Assembly: GCF_052425735.1 (NCBI RefSeq)
Contig: NC_135761.1
Location: forward strand, 39,990,001-40,054,000
Origin: Oculina patagonica
Taxonomy: Eukaryota
Reading direction: 5' to 3'
DNA: 64,000 nt
Under the pieces are notes generated by a model. It ran no database searches. It worked only from the letters and a program-made list of their open reading frames with translations, and had not been told where the DNA came from. Position numbers and translations under genes: made by a program. Numbering within the stretch: position 1 is the first letter of the stretch; every line of letters begins with the position of its first letter. Below are positions 24,258 through 37,460 of the stretch, piece after piece.

Positions 24258-25869
24258 GTTTGTTTCTCTTCGCTGTCCCTCCAAACGATCCCAAGCGGCT
24301 TCGCGGGCGCAATTCGTACCCAGATTACCGCTCGTTTTGAACATGGCGAATTGCCAGGAGACATCGTTGCAGCATCCTAGAGACTTCAAATGCAGTGATC
24401 AAACTGCCATATAGTTTATTTGTTGGATGCAAGTAGCACAACAAACAGATAAAAAATAATGGCGGTAAAGTTTTATAGCTCCCAGAGCACATATCACAAC
24501 CCCTCAAACTAAGGGGAGCTTAAAAACAAAGAAACCATTGCTCGCAATGCTAAGAGACTGCAGTAGCCTTTAAAAGACTCGGATCTTAGATCCTTGCAAC
24601 CGTGGTAACGAAACATTATCATACGAACTAACTGCCACTTCAGATATGCGAGTTGACAGTTAGAAATCCACTAAACTGATACACAATATAGACTACAGCA
24701 TTCCTTTAAAGGCTATTAAGCCACAGAGTTAGCAAACACAATGGCATAAAGATCATCACTGAAATGGCTCAAGAGAGCGATAATTAAATCCTCCGTTAAC
24801 AGACTGAAGGCTAACATTCTAACATTTGTCTCTTTTTCTAATAGCACAAAGGGAACATCCACTTACTTCCTTTTTTCGCCATCTTCGATTTGAGGTATCA
24901 CATGATGAGTTTGGCAGAAATTTACGATGATCCGACTTTTTTGGATCCAATCCGGATTTTGTCAATCCGGTCGGGTCCGATCTGATCCGATCTGGGTTTT
25001 GTTAACGCCCAATATTATGTACAACTGCAATTAATATGTACTTACATTTATTTCTTCAGCTGAACTGGGAAATGCAATCTAGTCGCTTTTTATACTGCAC
25101 AAACACTCCGCAACAGCATAGACACAGCGACTCACACTCGCCCATTGTATCGCCAATCACCTTCAAAAACTTCTGCTGGAAAAGTATCTTAATGCCGTAA
25201 GGACCTAAAAAAGATTGTAAACCACTCTTTATTCCATTAAATTAATGATGATGATATCATGACCAATCGTGATAACAAATTGTGTCCAATATTAAGTGAG
25301 CGAACAAAAAAGAAATCGCTCACCAGTGTTTCCGCGCTTAGGGGAAAGTTTCTGTCAGTGTTACGGCTGATTTTCTTTAAATTTATCTACAAGCCAGGCA
25401 ATCCTTTCAGGAGACAGCCTGTATCTCTCAATAAAAGTTAGCTCCAGTAAATTTTCGGGGGGAAATGACATGATTTTTTTCGGGGCCGAAATTTTCGGGT
25501 GTTTTGAGAAACACGCAGAATACTTTTCAGAAGCTTTACGGGACCGTTTTCAGGACCTTTGAGAAACGCATGACTGGGGTGTTATGGGCAGTGGGCGCCA
25601 GGTTGTTCAGATATCGATCGATATCGATCGATCAGATATTAATACCTTTATTCATAACTCATACAGGATACTTTTAAATTTTATAATGAAGCCAAGTGTA
25701 TATTTGATCCGAAACATGAGTTGTCTTTAAAGACGTGGTGTTAAATCTTTTATTTTCTTTTTGGGGGGAGGGGGATTTTACTGTTTTTATTCATATTTTA
25801 TATATATATCTGATTAACTTCATCAGGAATGTTTTGGAGGATTGAAAACAAATTAATTAAGAGTGATTA

Positions 25870-26460
25870 CAAGACTGACTTGAAATTTCAAGCAATGTGT
25901 CCTTTTGTGGCCACTGAACATAATTCGCTGATTCCTGACTGGGCGTGCAATAGGTCTTGCTGTCCCATCAATAAAACCCAGCACTGATTGAGTGGTGACC
26001 CTTTATTGTGTATAGCTTGAGAGAAAAGCTCAGGGTCAAACCACACTAGATCCAAGTTATCTTGTAGGTGTTTGAATCGGTCATAAAGGTCATCCACTAT
26101 CTAGAAATGTATAATTTATTTATCATTTATTTAGTGATTAATTGATCTATTCTGCAAGTAGTTGTGGGCCGGGTGTGGGTCATGAGCCTCGTCTTAATGC
26201 AGAATGCAGATGTAACAGCTCAGGATTTGCAATTCAGTAAAGAGACGTTGCATGTTGTGTTTTTGAAACGTGACAGTTAAATAAGTAGCTTTACGTTTTT
26301 GTCATCCTTTAATAACAAAAAATACATTGTCGCCTTTTTTGATTTAACAGGAAAGAAAACTAACCAGAACATCGTTTCACAATGAATTGCACTCAGGTCT
26401 TCGATGTTCGGTGGTAAATAGTCGAGTTTGGTGGTTGTAGGAAACATGGTGTCAACAGTA
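25870..26460 (-). pseudogene. Harbinger (HARBI1-like, DDE_Tnp_4) transposase fragment
   Basis: AIHNKGSPLNQCW, then after a frameshift GFIDGTARPIARPVRNQRIMFSGHKRTHCLKFQ. Confidence 0.75.
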
Positions 26461-26867
26461 AGAAAATCAAGGTGGTATTTAACACTCAAATTGCTATAAC
26501 TGCTGTAATAAAATAATGTCACTGTCTGTGTGTCCTGTAAATCACGCCTACGGCATAGAGGAAATCAAATTCTTTTTCTTTTTTTCTGATAAATGATAGT
26601 TTAGGGACAAAAAACATTCTGAAAAATTTTAAATTTCCAAAGCCAACCTTGAAACAGCCGCCATTTTTAGCTGGATTTAGCCACAATTTATTTAGGGTTG
26701 CTCAGGGGATGGTTCGCGTCCTAGGTCCTTCCTTCTTACGTGACACTGAACGAGTGAAGACATGTATCAGCGAGCTCCATTAAAGTTTGATTCCAATTTA
26801 TTATCGCATTTACTGTCGTAAATCCGCTAGTTTTCTTAGCATATACAGATGATTATCTGGTTATAGG

Positions 26868-27400
26868 TGAAGGGGATCATATGTTGATATACATATTTGT
26901 AGTTTTTTTATTGTTGGGCACTGTACTGCAAATATCTGTCGCAGTTAAACACCTGATAAGCAAAGCTTCTCCGCATTGCTAAATTTTACAAAATCGACTG
27001 CTATATCTATTTGATATGTTTCCAGAGTTTCCTAATGTGGTACATATCCTTGCAGATATACCTGCTACATCGTGTTCTGCAAAATCATTCATATCAGTGC
27101 ATTTCTCAGATTGAAAACGTACCTCTGCAGCACCTTATGGGGCAACAGCATGTCAGTAAATTATTACGTGTCATCGCACTTATTAGCATTGAAAGGACAC
27201 TTTTCAACTCTGTAGTAAACAATGACATGGATCGCATTGTTGATATCTTTGGCCATCAAATGGCAGACAGCTATTTTTTGATAGATTTTTATGTAAGAAT
27301 TTTTCACTTCATATGTAGGCCTATGTTAGTGCATCGTATGACCCTTGTTTCTTTCAGACTGTTTTGTAAAACTGCCCCCCTGGCAAAAAAGTTGCCCATA
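26868..27400 (+). pseudogene. hAT C-terminal dimerisation-domain remnant; second copy at ~36183-37170
   Basis: FPNV..IPATSCSA..LKTYL.ST MGQQ..LISIER..DMDRIVDIFG pieces; homologous to 36183-37170. Confidence 0.55.
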
Positions 27401-27760
27401 CGCCTTTGAAGCATTGTTTTGTACCCATACTTTGCACCACGCGTTCGCCCAACAGTTAATACTGAGGTCTGTTACCTTGAAGACAGCGGCTTGGAGTTTG
27501 AGCAACGTATTACAGTTTTTACTCTTCTGTTGGTGCTTACAGCTCATCTAAAACTCTCAACCAGTGGCAGAGACAGGAATGCCTTTCCATCGACCGGCTG
27601 GAACGGCTCTCCTTGCGTCATAGCGGATAATTTACCGAGTTACATTTCACAACGCGTTTTGATGACCATCTTGTCGGCGGGAAATTCAAAGTTATTACAA
27701 AGAAGGCAGACTAAAATGTTTGTTTCACAACTGGATATGTACCTGCAGAAACTGGCAGGA

Positions 27761-30137
27761 TTTATTAACCGGGCGGGGAGACTGGGCCGGCCCGGTTCAT
27801 AAATCGCCCGGAATTTTTTCGTCGTAGTAGTGGTAGTAGTAGTAGTAGTCTTGTCGGTAAATCGTTCCAGACCCGCTCGGCCACTTTCTTGGCCAGGATT
27901 CAAATCACGCACCCTTGAAGTTTACTCGGCAGAAGCTATTAAATCACTCTCCTATTTTAAATTTTATCTAATACCCTCAATTCTCTTAAGCGTGAAATAT
28001 ATATTTTTGTGTTATTCAAGCGTTTGAGTACTGGTTTGCGAAACCGGTGATTTTTTTGACACGTCCAAGCAATTATTTTTTTTTTTGAAAACTGCTACGT
28101 CCGTCACGCAATGATTTTGCAGCAAGCTTCACGCATAACTGCTTTTAAAAAAAGGGCTGGTAGCCAGAGAATTTTTGAGCCGGAATACTTTGAAGATGCT
28201 CTCCATTTAATAGAAAAAATTGTGTCCATTTTCATCCGTGTACAGTTGAGCCGGCAATGTCGCGTATCAGAGACGATTGAATGTTTGCACAGCGAAATAA
28301 TTGTTCTTGATGTAAAAGCTTTACTTACACACTTCCCAAGACTTCAGTCAACAAAATGGTAATGTATAGTATTTCTACGAACTATGATGGTATTTGTGAA
28401 GGGATCCGCAAAGCCAGCAAGTAAAACAAATGGTCTACAAAATGAAAATGAAATCTTGGCGCGGGTAATTTATACATGTAATTAAATTCTACCACGGCAT
28501 GCAAAATTTCACGTTTTTGAAATTTTCTAAATCTTTTTGCCTTTTAAAATGTTTCTTGACCCCATCTTGAATAAAATTTCATCTAAAACGTTTTCATGTT
28601 TCTTTTTTATTTTTTCACGTTTGTATTTAATAGTTGCCTTTTTAGGCTTTTGAAACGAACACGGCACCATGTTGATGTTTATTTGCGTTATTTGTCGTAG
28701 TAGTTCACTCGGCCGCTTTCTTGGCCAGGATTCAGATCCCGCACTTTTGATATTTACTCAGCAGGAGCAATTAAAATTTTATCTAATACCCCGATTTCTG
28801 TTAAACGTGAAAGATATATTTTTATGTTTTTATTCAAGCTTTCGACTCAAGCGAGTACTGGAGTCCGAAACCGGTGATTGTTTCGACAGGTCGCTGAGGT
28901 CGAAGCTTTTTTTACATCAGTCACGCAATGTTTTTGCAGCAAGCTCCTGCATTTAAAAACGGCTCCAGACTCTACTTTTAAGATGCTTTTCATTTAGCAA
29001 GAATTGTGTCCATTTTGTCTATTTCCATCCGTGTACAGTTGGGCCGACAAAGTCGTGTGTCACAGACGAATTGAATGTTTACACAACAAAAGAACCTTAT
29101 TTTGTTCTTGATGTAAAAACTTTACTTGCACACTTTTCAAGAACTCATAAAACAAAATGGAAATGCAAAGTAATAATATAATAATTTCTTCAAACTAGAA
29201 TGAAATAATAGACGGCAAAAATGAAAACGTGCCCTTCGGCGCGTATAATTAATTAAATTTTATCACGGCATCAGTATTTTCACGGCTTTTAAGGATTCAA
29301 AATTTTTAATGCAATTCAAATGTTTCTTCGTCTCATCTTGAATCTTTTTTTCACATTTAGTTGAGATTTTTAACAGCATCTGTTATCTAATACATGTGGT
29401 CTAATGCATGGCCTTTTTTAGTCTTTTTATTTTCTTTTGTAATTTTGTTTAGAAATTTTTCTGTTATTCTTGATATTTGACTCGTTTTATTCGGGTTTTT
29501 TTTTATTATTTATGTTACTCGTTTTATTCGAGCAGGAGCCAATACTGTAATTTTCTGGTTACTTCGCTCTTTTTAGCGAGGAATATAAAATATATATTTT
29601 TTGTTTTTCATTCAAGGGTTTTGAGTTTCAGTCGGAACCAAACGGCGATGGAGAAATGACCTGCAATGAATCACGCAATCAAGAACTTGCCTTTGGGTGA
29701 CTGCTTCCCAAAATTGACTTGAGGAGCTATCATGTTTGAAAGCTGAAAAGCTTTCTTATCTTGTTCTTATTCCCATTTTTTTGGTGTGGTACATTTTTAA
29801 AAATGTTTACATGTAAAAACACGTCTTAGTTTTAAACGAAATTGTTTGTTTGTTTCGGTCGGAGATCATTTGTACTGCCATTTAACTGGTTTGAGTTCAT
29901 TTATTCAAGATTGCACACAAAACGTTTTCAATACCTAGGTTATTCAGTATTCGGAAGAAAAATAAAAATTTGAAAGCCTAAGCAGGAATTTGTCCAAGCA
30001 TGGACAAGCAATTCACAGACTTGCGTGTTACTCAATATAAATTAAATGGTATTTTAAAAGTTTTTGCTGTACTTGTCTAATGAAGTAGTTAAACATCAAC
30101 CGCCCGGTTTTAAGCATTAAGCTTTAGGCGTCTTGTT
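27761..30137 (+). mobile_element. Non-autonomous Helentron-like (HINE/DINE-type) element with internal ~830-bp diverged tandem units
   Basis: 5' subTIR AACCGGGCGG with a nearby inverted copy, (GTA)n microsatellite, repeated units at ~27875, ~28705 and ~29520, 3' subTIR CCGCCCGGTT (30100-30109), then a short stem-loop and CTTGTT end. Confidence 0.65.
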
Positions 30138-30464
30138 AAGTCTCAATTGCAGGAGAAAGGATTTACTAACACTAAGAAAGTTGAGAAAGTCAAGAGACAC
30201 TTCTATATCACACAGAAGACATCACCATCTACACAATCAACATCCACACCATCACCATCGCCATCTCCATCACCCACTAACCTCAATGCAAGAGTAATAC
30301 CATGGGGTGACAGACAATGATTCAGAGCAGAACTGTCACTCTAATAAACACCTGTCCAATTGATAACTTTTTTAAGAGTCACCAAGGATAAAAGCCTACT
30401 TAAACAACAGCAGTGAACAAGTGGTACAAACTCTGTGTAGGTAATTGCAAGTGGGTTATTGTCG

Positions 30465-31195
30465 TTATCAGCCGCCTTTCGTGCTCCGATCCACTTGCTG
30501 CGTTTAGAGAGGAGAACAGTCTGCGATTTACAAACAGAAATTCCATACTGATGATGTAAATCTCGACTTGCTAATTTTGCATAATTTAAGTTGTGAAACC
30601 AACACGCTGCATAAATTATCATTCCGTTTCAAGATGACGGGTTTTTTTGTGGGATTGTGTGGGATCGCGAATGATGAATATGTGTAAGGAAAAATCGAAA
30701 CTTGCATCCTTTGTAGAACAGGAGCTGGGAAGGGAGACAGATATTATGTTAGACCCGACATCAAGTCAATTGTTGGTGATCTTCTCAGTAAGATTTTGGA
30801 TATCCGGCAAATTCAATTTTCTGCAGTCAAATTCTGCTTCCATGTTGTTTGCTTCGAATGCCCCATTTTGCTGCCGGACATGCAAAAAACTTCCCGAGAA
30901 GCGACAGAAGCAAGGAGACAACTTGGCATCAGGGGAAAATGATATCCGAAATCGTGGAAAACTTGGTTCTTCAGTCGGGAGCCTTTCGTTCGTGGAATAT
31001 ATTAGCAGTGTGGGTGAACCTCTTGCAAGCAGTCCCATGCTATCGGCACATAAAAAAAACAAACCTTATCTGCGACCTATCACCGATTATGGCTCGACCT
31101 ACCACTTGTACTTCTTTACCAAACATAACCCACTTGCATCTGAGACAGGGAGACCTAGCAAAACGGACGAACCGCCAGAACTTGGTGTTAAGGTG
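30465..31195 (+). mobile_element. Truncated Academ-like 5' end (degenerate terminus + first exon with CxxC finger)
   Basis: CCRTCKKL and PPELGVK|GTGAG resemble exon 1 of the 3837 transposase; no partner TIR found. Confidence 0.35.
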
Positions 31196-32129
31196 AGCTT
31201 ATCTTGAAATAAACTTATGTACGTTCTAGGCTACAACTAAGACCTTAAGTGTACACATGCATAAGAAGTGCAAATATTTCTACACTGATCGTAGTGTAGA
31301 TCACGACCCGTGCAGCAAAAGTTTGGGTGGGAGCAGGGAAGGGTCGAGTTCAAGGGCATGCTATCCAGGCAAATTTGCACCCCAAATACTCTTAATAAAA
31401 TAATATTAAACATTAGAATCTGACCATTACATCTGGTTTCATTTTCTTTTGATTACCAAATTTAAGTTCTATACTAAACAAGATAATCTGTTCTTACAGT
31501 CATTATCCTTATTTTAATTTTGTGTATGAACACATCATCAGTCAAACTGAAATTAATAATGTTCTGTTCTTTTCTTTCTTATAACTATTTGATAATGGTA
31601 GGCAGTTAACGAAACTGTTATCACTGGCTTCTGTATTGGCATTCCTAAATGTAATTTTTTCATTAGTTATGTTTTCTAAAATACATTTTTCATTTCTTGT
31701 TTTACTTTTTATAGCCCTAGCTTCTTCACTCCAGCCCCAGCTTTTACTAGATATTGGTAGTCTAATGATTCAGTTGTTCAAGTGTGTGGACAAAGTAGAA
31801 TACCTAAGCAAGAAGAAGGGTTTTTTGGCCAAATGTCAACTGCAACAAGGGTTTCATGGGCAACACTTGTCATTTTTATCCGGTGTTCCGGTCTACAGTA
31901 AGTAGAGTTTATATTTCTTGGATTAATTTCAAGATCTGTGGTGAAGACCTGCCACCAGAGCCCACCAAGAAATGGTACGAGAGAGTCCAGGCCTTGAAAT
32001 TGATAAGCGATTGAAATTTACAAGAGCTGAAAGACAGAATAGTCTAGAAAAAATGCAATGACCTTTTCTTGTTACCTGAGATTGAACTGATGATCGGTGA
32101 TAGCCTTGGTTATAATATTTCAATCCTTG

Positions 32130-35100
32130 GATGGAACCTGCCAGAGGATCATGATCTGTATACCAACAATTTAAGGTCAGTCACCAAACCACGGTCTCTG
32201 ATCTTGTCAAGGATTTGGAGATAAGTTACATTTGCACTGGAGTTAAGCCAACAGAAAGATGTCATTATGTGCTTCCACATATCATTCCAAAAGTTCCTGG
32301 AGATCCACTGTTTGAGGATCCAGGCCCTTCCTTTCCACATAAGGAATTTTGGAGGACCAGTGATTGTGTAGTTTTGCTGGGGGAGAAAGATCAACAGTGT
32401 GACAGTTGCTCCAAATATTCCCATCAATCACAACTGGCTCAAAGTGCAAGAAGAAGAGGAACCTTGATAAACCACCTCACATTAATTCAGCGATCTCTCA
32501 AACACCACCGGATCGAATCAAACTGACACAGCAGATTTGGAGGCTGAAGTTTGCTGAACTGGAAAGGCAACTTAAAGAAATGCAGGATGAAATTCAAAAG
32601 TCAAGCATTGAAGTTGACCATGAACTAATTAAAGACATGTTGACTATATTTGGACAGACTGACAAAGTCACTCCATTTATGAGTCTCTTTTGGCAGGAGC
32701 AGAAAAAGTTCTTGTCGAACCCCAAAACTGGAGTCAGGTATTTCCCCATGCTTATTCGGTACTGTTTGTCCTTTGGAGCCAAATTGCCATCTTGTTATGA
32801 AGAGTTGAGAAACAGCAACATTCTGGTGTTGCCGAGCCAGAGAACACTAAGAGACTACAAGAACTTCATTCGGCCGAAAAGGGGATTCCATGATCATGCA
32901 GTGGAAGAGTTGCAAAAATTGACTAACGTGTACTTTGATGTACGTTACGTTGTCTTTTTTTTTCTTCAACCTGGTTTTCGACAAAGTTACAGGCAAGTTG
33001 ATTGGCTATGTGGATCTTAGCGAACCCGATATAGACTATGCAACTCTGGATAAGATTGATGAGATTGCAACTCATGCCCTGGTATTTTTTATTAGATGTG
33101 TAGCACAGAGCTAAAATTCAGCCTTGTACACTTTGCAACTGATGGAGTCACTGCTGATCAGCTGATGCCATTGTTTTGGGAGGCCGTGGCCATGTTGGAG
33201 ATCTCTTGTAACCTGTGGGTGATTGCAGCCACGTCTGATAGAGCTTCTCCTAACAGAAGATTCTACCGGATGCACAAGGATCTTGATGACAACTCAGGCA
33301 AAAATGTGTATTATCGCATTTTATACCATAGCCGAGAGAATTTGCACGCACTGATTTGTGGAAATTTATGGTCGACGAGAGTATAGACCATGAAAATGAC
33401 GTAACATGTAACGCAATTCAAGGCAAATCAATTTTTTTCACTGAAAAAATTTTTTCAAAAGAATTATCTTGAATTTGAGCTAAAATGGAGACTGAGGAGT
33501 TCCCAAACGACTGGAAGGGGGAATTTCCGATAAAGAACTCTTAGAAGCTGTAAAAAGTGAGCATAACCCTGAAGGAAAATCCCGTTTTTGCATCCTTGGA
33601 AGAGGATGACCTGACTGAAATAGTCGCCGGTGCTGAGGCAAAAAGCACGAAGAAAAACACAAAATGGGTTAAGAAATCGATTAAAGGTAATACACAAACA
33701 CAAATTTGACATCTTTTTCCATTTTAATTCGATGTTTAGTTACAAGAAATTCAAAGAGCAAAGCAAATTCCTTTTCTTTAAGTAATTGCAGATTGGTGTC
33801 ATAAACAGCAAATTACAAAGCCATTGTTGCAAATGGTGGAGTTTGAGTTAAACGATGCTCTCCGACGGTTTTAAGCTGAAAGGAGCAACAAGAAAGGCGA
33901 CTAGTACAGCAGGTCTTCTCTCCTTGGGTTCTGTAACGCTGTTGAGAGGCATTTTGCAGCCAATATTGTCACCTTGAAGCTGACGAAAAATCGAAGTCCT
34001 CAAACAAAACGTTGGAGTGTAAACTGAAAGTAAACAGATGCGAGGGAAAAGACGCCCAACACAAACCAGTAATACAAGCTGCTGACATCCAAAAGTTAAA
34101 AGAAAGTCCATTCTTGAATTACGAAAATGCTGCTGGTCTCATTCAACAAGTTTGGTTCATAGTCGCCCTCTACTGGTGCCACTTTGGTTTTAAGATGCAA
34201 CGGCAACTCTGTCGTGGCAGCTTCTCCTTTCACAAATACGCAGATGGAAGGGAATTTGCAACTATGAGCCACAACGAGGCATCCAAGAACCATCAAGGGG
34301 GGTTCGCCGACAAACCAACCTATGAAAAACAGACGAGGTTGTATTCAACGGGTCAAAAAGTACATCTCCCTGCTGAATCCAAAGCAAAAGGCCTTTTTCC
34401 AGAAAACAAAGCCAAAAGTCAGTAATGGCGATGACATCTGGTATGAGAATAAACCAATTGCTTCAAACAAGCTGTCATCTATGATGAAGGAAATCTCTCT
34501 TGGAGATGGTTTTTCCAAAACCTACACAAATCACTGTGTTTGTGCGACCGCCATCACCATGTGGTCAGATGCCAAACTCCCAGGCAACATATCAGGCGAT
34601 GCTAACGAGCAAAGTTTAACAAGCTTTAACATGAGGCTATCAGTTAATCAGCTTGAGAAGTGCTCTGATATCCTTTCAAGCGCCTTGAAAACCCCTGAAA
34701 GAAGAGTACAGCAAGACGTTCAGCAGCGTGCAGTTACCCAGACCAGTACATCTTCTTGTTCTACCCTTGCAGCATCATATGCAGTGATGTTTTCGGCATC
34801 AACGTCTAACACAGCCCTACCAAACGCAATATTCCACAGATGCACCATTGGCAATGCCAATGTTTTTATTCTTAACCAAAATGACGGTCGATTTTCTAAA
34901 AAAAACATTACGAATTTCGTATTTATTTTGAACGAACACAAAATCTTTTGATCAGTTTTTTACGTGAACTATTTTTAGGTTGCTCGAAAACGTATTTGAA
35001 CATCAATCATTCATGGCCAATCAGAAGGGATCATTTTGTAAAATGTCATAAATAGACCAATGAAATCTTTGCTGAATTTGAAGTTGATTGATGGCGCAAT

Positions 35101-35400
35101 CTTTCGCTCTGTCACGCTGTAACGCACATGTAATTTCCCAGCGAATTTTCCCGACAGTTTTGGAGATAAATTTCCCGTGTTATGGTATAAAACAAATCGA
35201 CCTCATTTTTCCATGGTCCACACTCTTATAGACTATATAAATGATGCCATAAAATGTCCAATTGTCTACAAGAGTGTAGACCATGGAAAAATATGGCAAA
35301 TTTGTTTAAATATCAATTTGTATGCTCCACACAGATTCATCTACTTCTTTTCAGATGCTCTGCACCTGGTTTAAACTACCAGAAACTGCCTATATCATAT
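32130..35400 (+). pseudogene. P-element/THAP9-like transposase remnant, split by a Crypton insertion
   Basis: LFWQEQ..GVRYFPMLIRYCLS..YEELR..LPSQRTLRDY, LIGYVDL, ATHALVF, TSDRASPNRRF; the frame resumes at 35310 (INLYAPHRFIYFFSDALHLV*TTRNC). Confidence 0.8.
33319..35308 (+). mobile_element. Crypton (tyrosine recombinase, DUF3504-like) element, degenerate
   Basis: Frameshifted YR motifs: WYENKPI..NKLSSMMKEIS...YTNHCVCATAIT, ISG.ANEQSLTSF, ASKNHQGG. Terminal TTTTATACCATA/TATGGTATAAAA and hairpin 35190-35307; interrupts the P-element ORF with no evident TSD. Confidence 0.8.
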
Positions 35401-35589
35401 CATCCCCCTCTACTAACCATGTTTTATGTATCTCCATTTTAGTACTATTAATATTTGGTCTACACGTGATTAAATTGATAGAACCATGCCAGAAGACTTC
35501 TAAGCAAAATACCCCAAGACAAGAGTCATTCTTGCCTGTAAAGAATGTAACTGTCAACTGCCAAGTAGCTGGTTACTAAATACCGGAAG

Positions 35590-35960
35590 CAGGCTGTTCA
35601 GCTTCTACAAAAATCATACTACAGTCAAAGGCCTGGTTGGATTGGACCTTTCGCGGATTACAACCTTTTTTAGTCAGCTGTATAGTGGAAGTATTTGTGA
35701 GACTTGCCATTTGATGATGGCGATAGTGTGATGGCAGACAAAGGTTTTACCATTGAGGATTTACTTCCACTTGGTGTCTCTTTGGATATTCCTCCATTTC
35801 TTGGTCATTATGGACACCCGAGGATGTTTGTCGTCAAGACACAAGTCATTGCTGCCTTACGGATTCATGTTGGGCAAGCCATTAACAAAAATAAAAATTT
35901 CCACATTTGTGACCGAATAACACCCCTTTCCCTATTTCCTGTCTTAACCCAAATGTGGAC
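35590..35960 (+). pseudogene. ISL2EU/Harbinger-type DDE_Tnp_4 fragment
   Basis: YKNHTTVKGLVG, VMADKGFTIEDLL..GVSLDIPPFL, IAALRIHVGQAI. Confidence 0.75.
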
Positions 35961-36432
35961 ACAGTTTCTAGTTTTTCTGTTTAATGGGATGCAAAGGAGT
36001 TGGAAGCTTGATAAGTGTTACTGCATTATCTGTCAGAAATTAAGGTTCCGACACCAAGTTGAGAGGGCCTGGGGTGCCATGGCTTAAAATCGGAATGCCA
36101 ACAGATGTTTTTTTGCATGAAACAATTGCTCTAAAGGTGAACTGCACATGGTGAAGATTAATAATAATATCATGAATTATTAGTGAAGGAGATCATATGT
36201 TGATATACATTTTTGTAGTTTTTTTTATTGTTTTGCACTGCACTGCAAATATTTGTTACAGTGAAACACCTGATAAAGAAAGCTTATCTCACATTGCTAA
36301 ATTTGACAACGGCAAGATTCTAGAAGCTGAGCAGAAAAAGTAAACAAGTTTTAGTCGTGTGCATGTTTTAGTCTACATAACTGTTTCAGAAACGGAGACA
36401 ATGCAAGAGAATGATCTATTTGATAAGTTTAA

Positions 36433-36813
36433 AGGGACTATGTCATGGGGATTTCACAGTTTTTTGGTCAAAACTGTTCTGAAATAAATGGTAGGCAACT
36501 TAACCCATAAAAAACATTATCTTTGAACATCTAAAGGAAGATATAACCTTAATTTGCGGATAGAAATCAAGCTATGGCTAAAAATATCGCTTTTTGAAGA
36601 CGCGCGGAAGCAATTTGAAAACGTTTGCCTAACGTTTTCAAATTGCAATCCGTTTCCATCCTAGCCATCCGCAGCCAAAGATGCTAGTTAACAGATTCAG
36701 TGCTCTAATATAGCCATTTTTAATAAAATTGCACCATAATTTTTAGGTTTCATGCGACACAAATATAAATTTTGGCGGTTCAAAAATCTGGTGAAATCCG
36801 TGACATGGTCCCT
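36433..36813. mobile_element. Kolobok-type non-autonomous element
   Basis: AGGGACTATGTCA.../...TGACATGGTCCCT TIR with TTAA on both sides; interrupts the hAT remnant. Confidence 0.75.
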
Positions 36814-37199
36814 TTAAAGGGTTTCCAAATGTGGCATATGTCCTATCAGTGAAATCTGCTACATTGTGTTCTGCAGATCGATCATTCAGTGCATTGCACA
36901 GATTGAAATTTACCTCTGCAGCACCTGATGGGGCTACAACCTTTCAGTAAAATGGCATGGATTGTATCATTGATATCTTCGGCCGTCGAAATGGCAGAGA
37001 CAGCTATTACTTTTAACGTGTTTTATGAGTTCATATTATAGATTCATAGGTACAAATATTTTAACTTCATGTTAGTGCAACGTGTGACCCTTTTTTCTTT
37101 TTTGAAATTTGGGCAACTTGCGAGAAGTTTTTGGGCAAATGGTTCACCGCCCCCTGGCAAAAAATTGTCTGTACCCCGCTGTGAGACGGGCAATACAAG

Positions 37200-37460
37200 T
37201 GACATCCAGGCTCTGGTTACAAACAATATATAAAGCATATGCTACACACAGGGAGGTCTACTTCTCAGCACTTAGGAACAGTTTATATTTACAGTTTCCA
37301 GATTTTCAACAGAGATATAAAAACCCTGGTCAAAAAGTTATTGCATCTTGCATTGCTCGAAATAACTTCTTGAAGGAAAATTTATACAAGAGCAGAATGT
37401 GTCAAATGACATCGGATCAGTGGCTCAGTTGTGACCATACTTTAGTATCAGCGAACACTT
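37200..37460 (+). pseudogene. Possible DDE transposase fragment (WLSCDHT motif)
   Basis: Short motif resemblance only. Confidence 0.3.
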
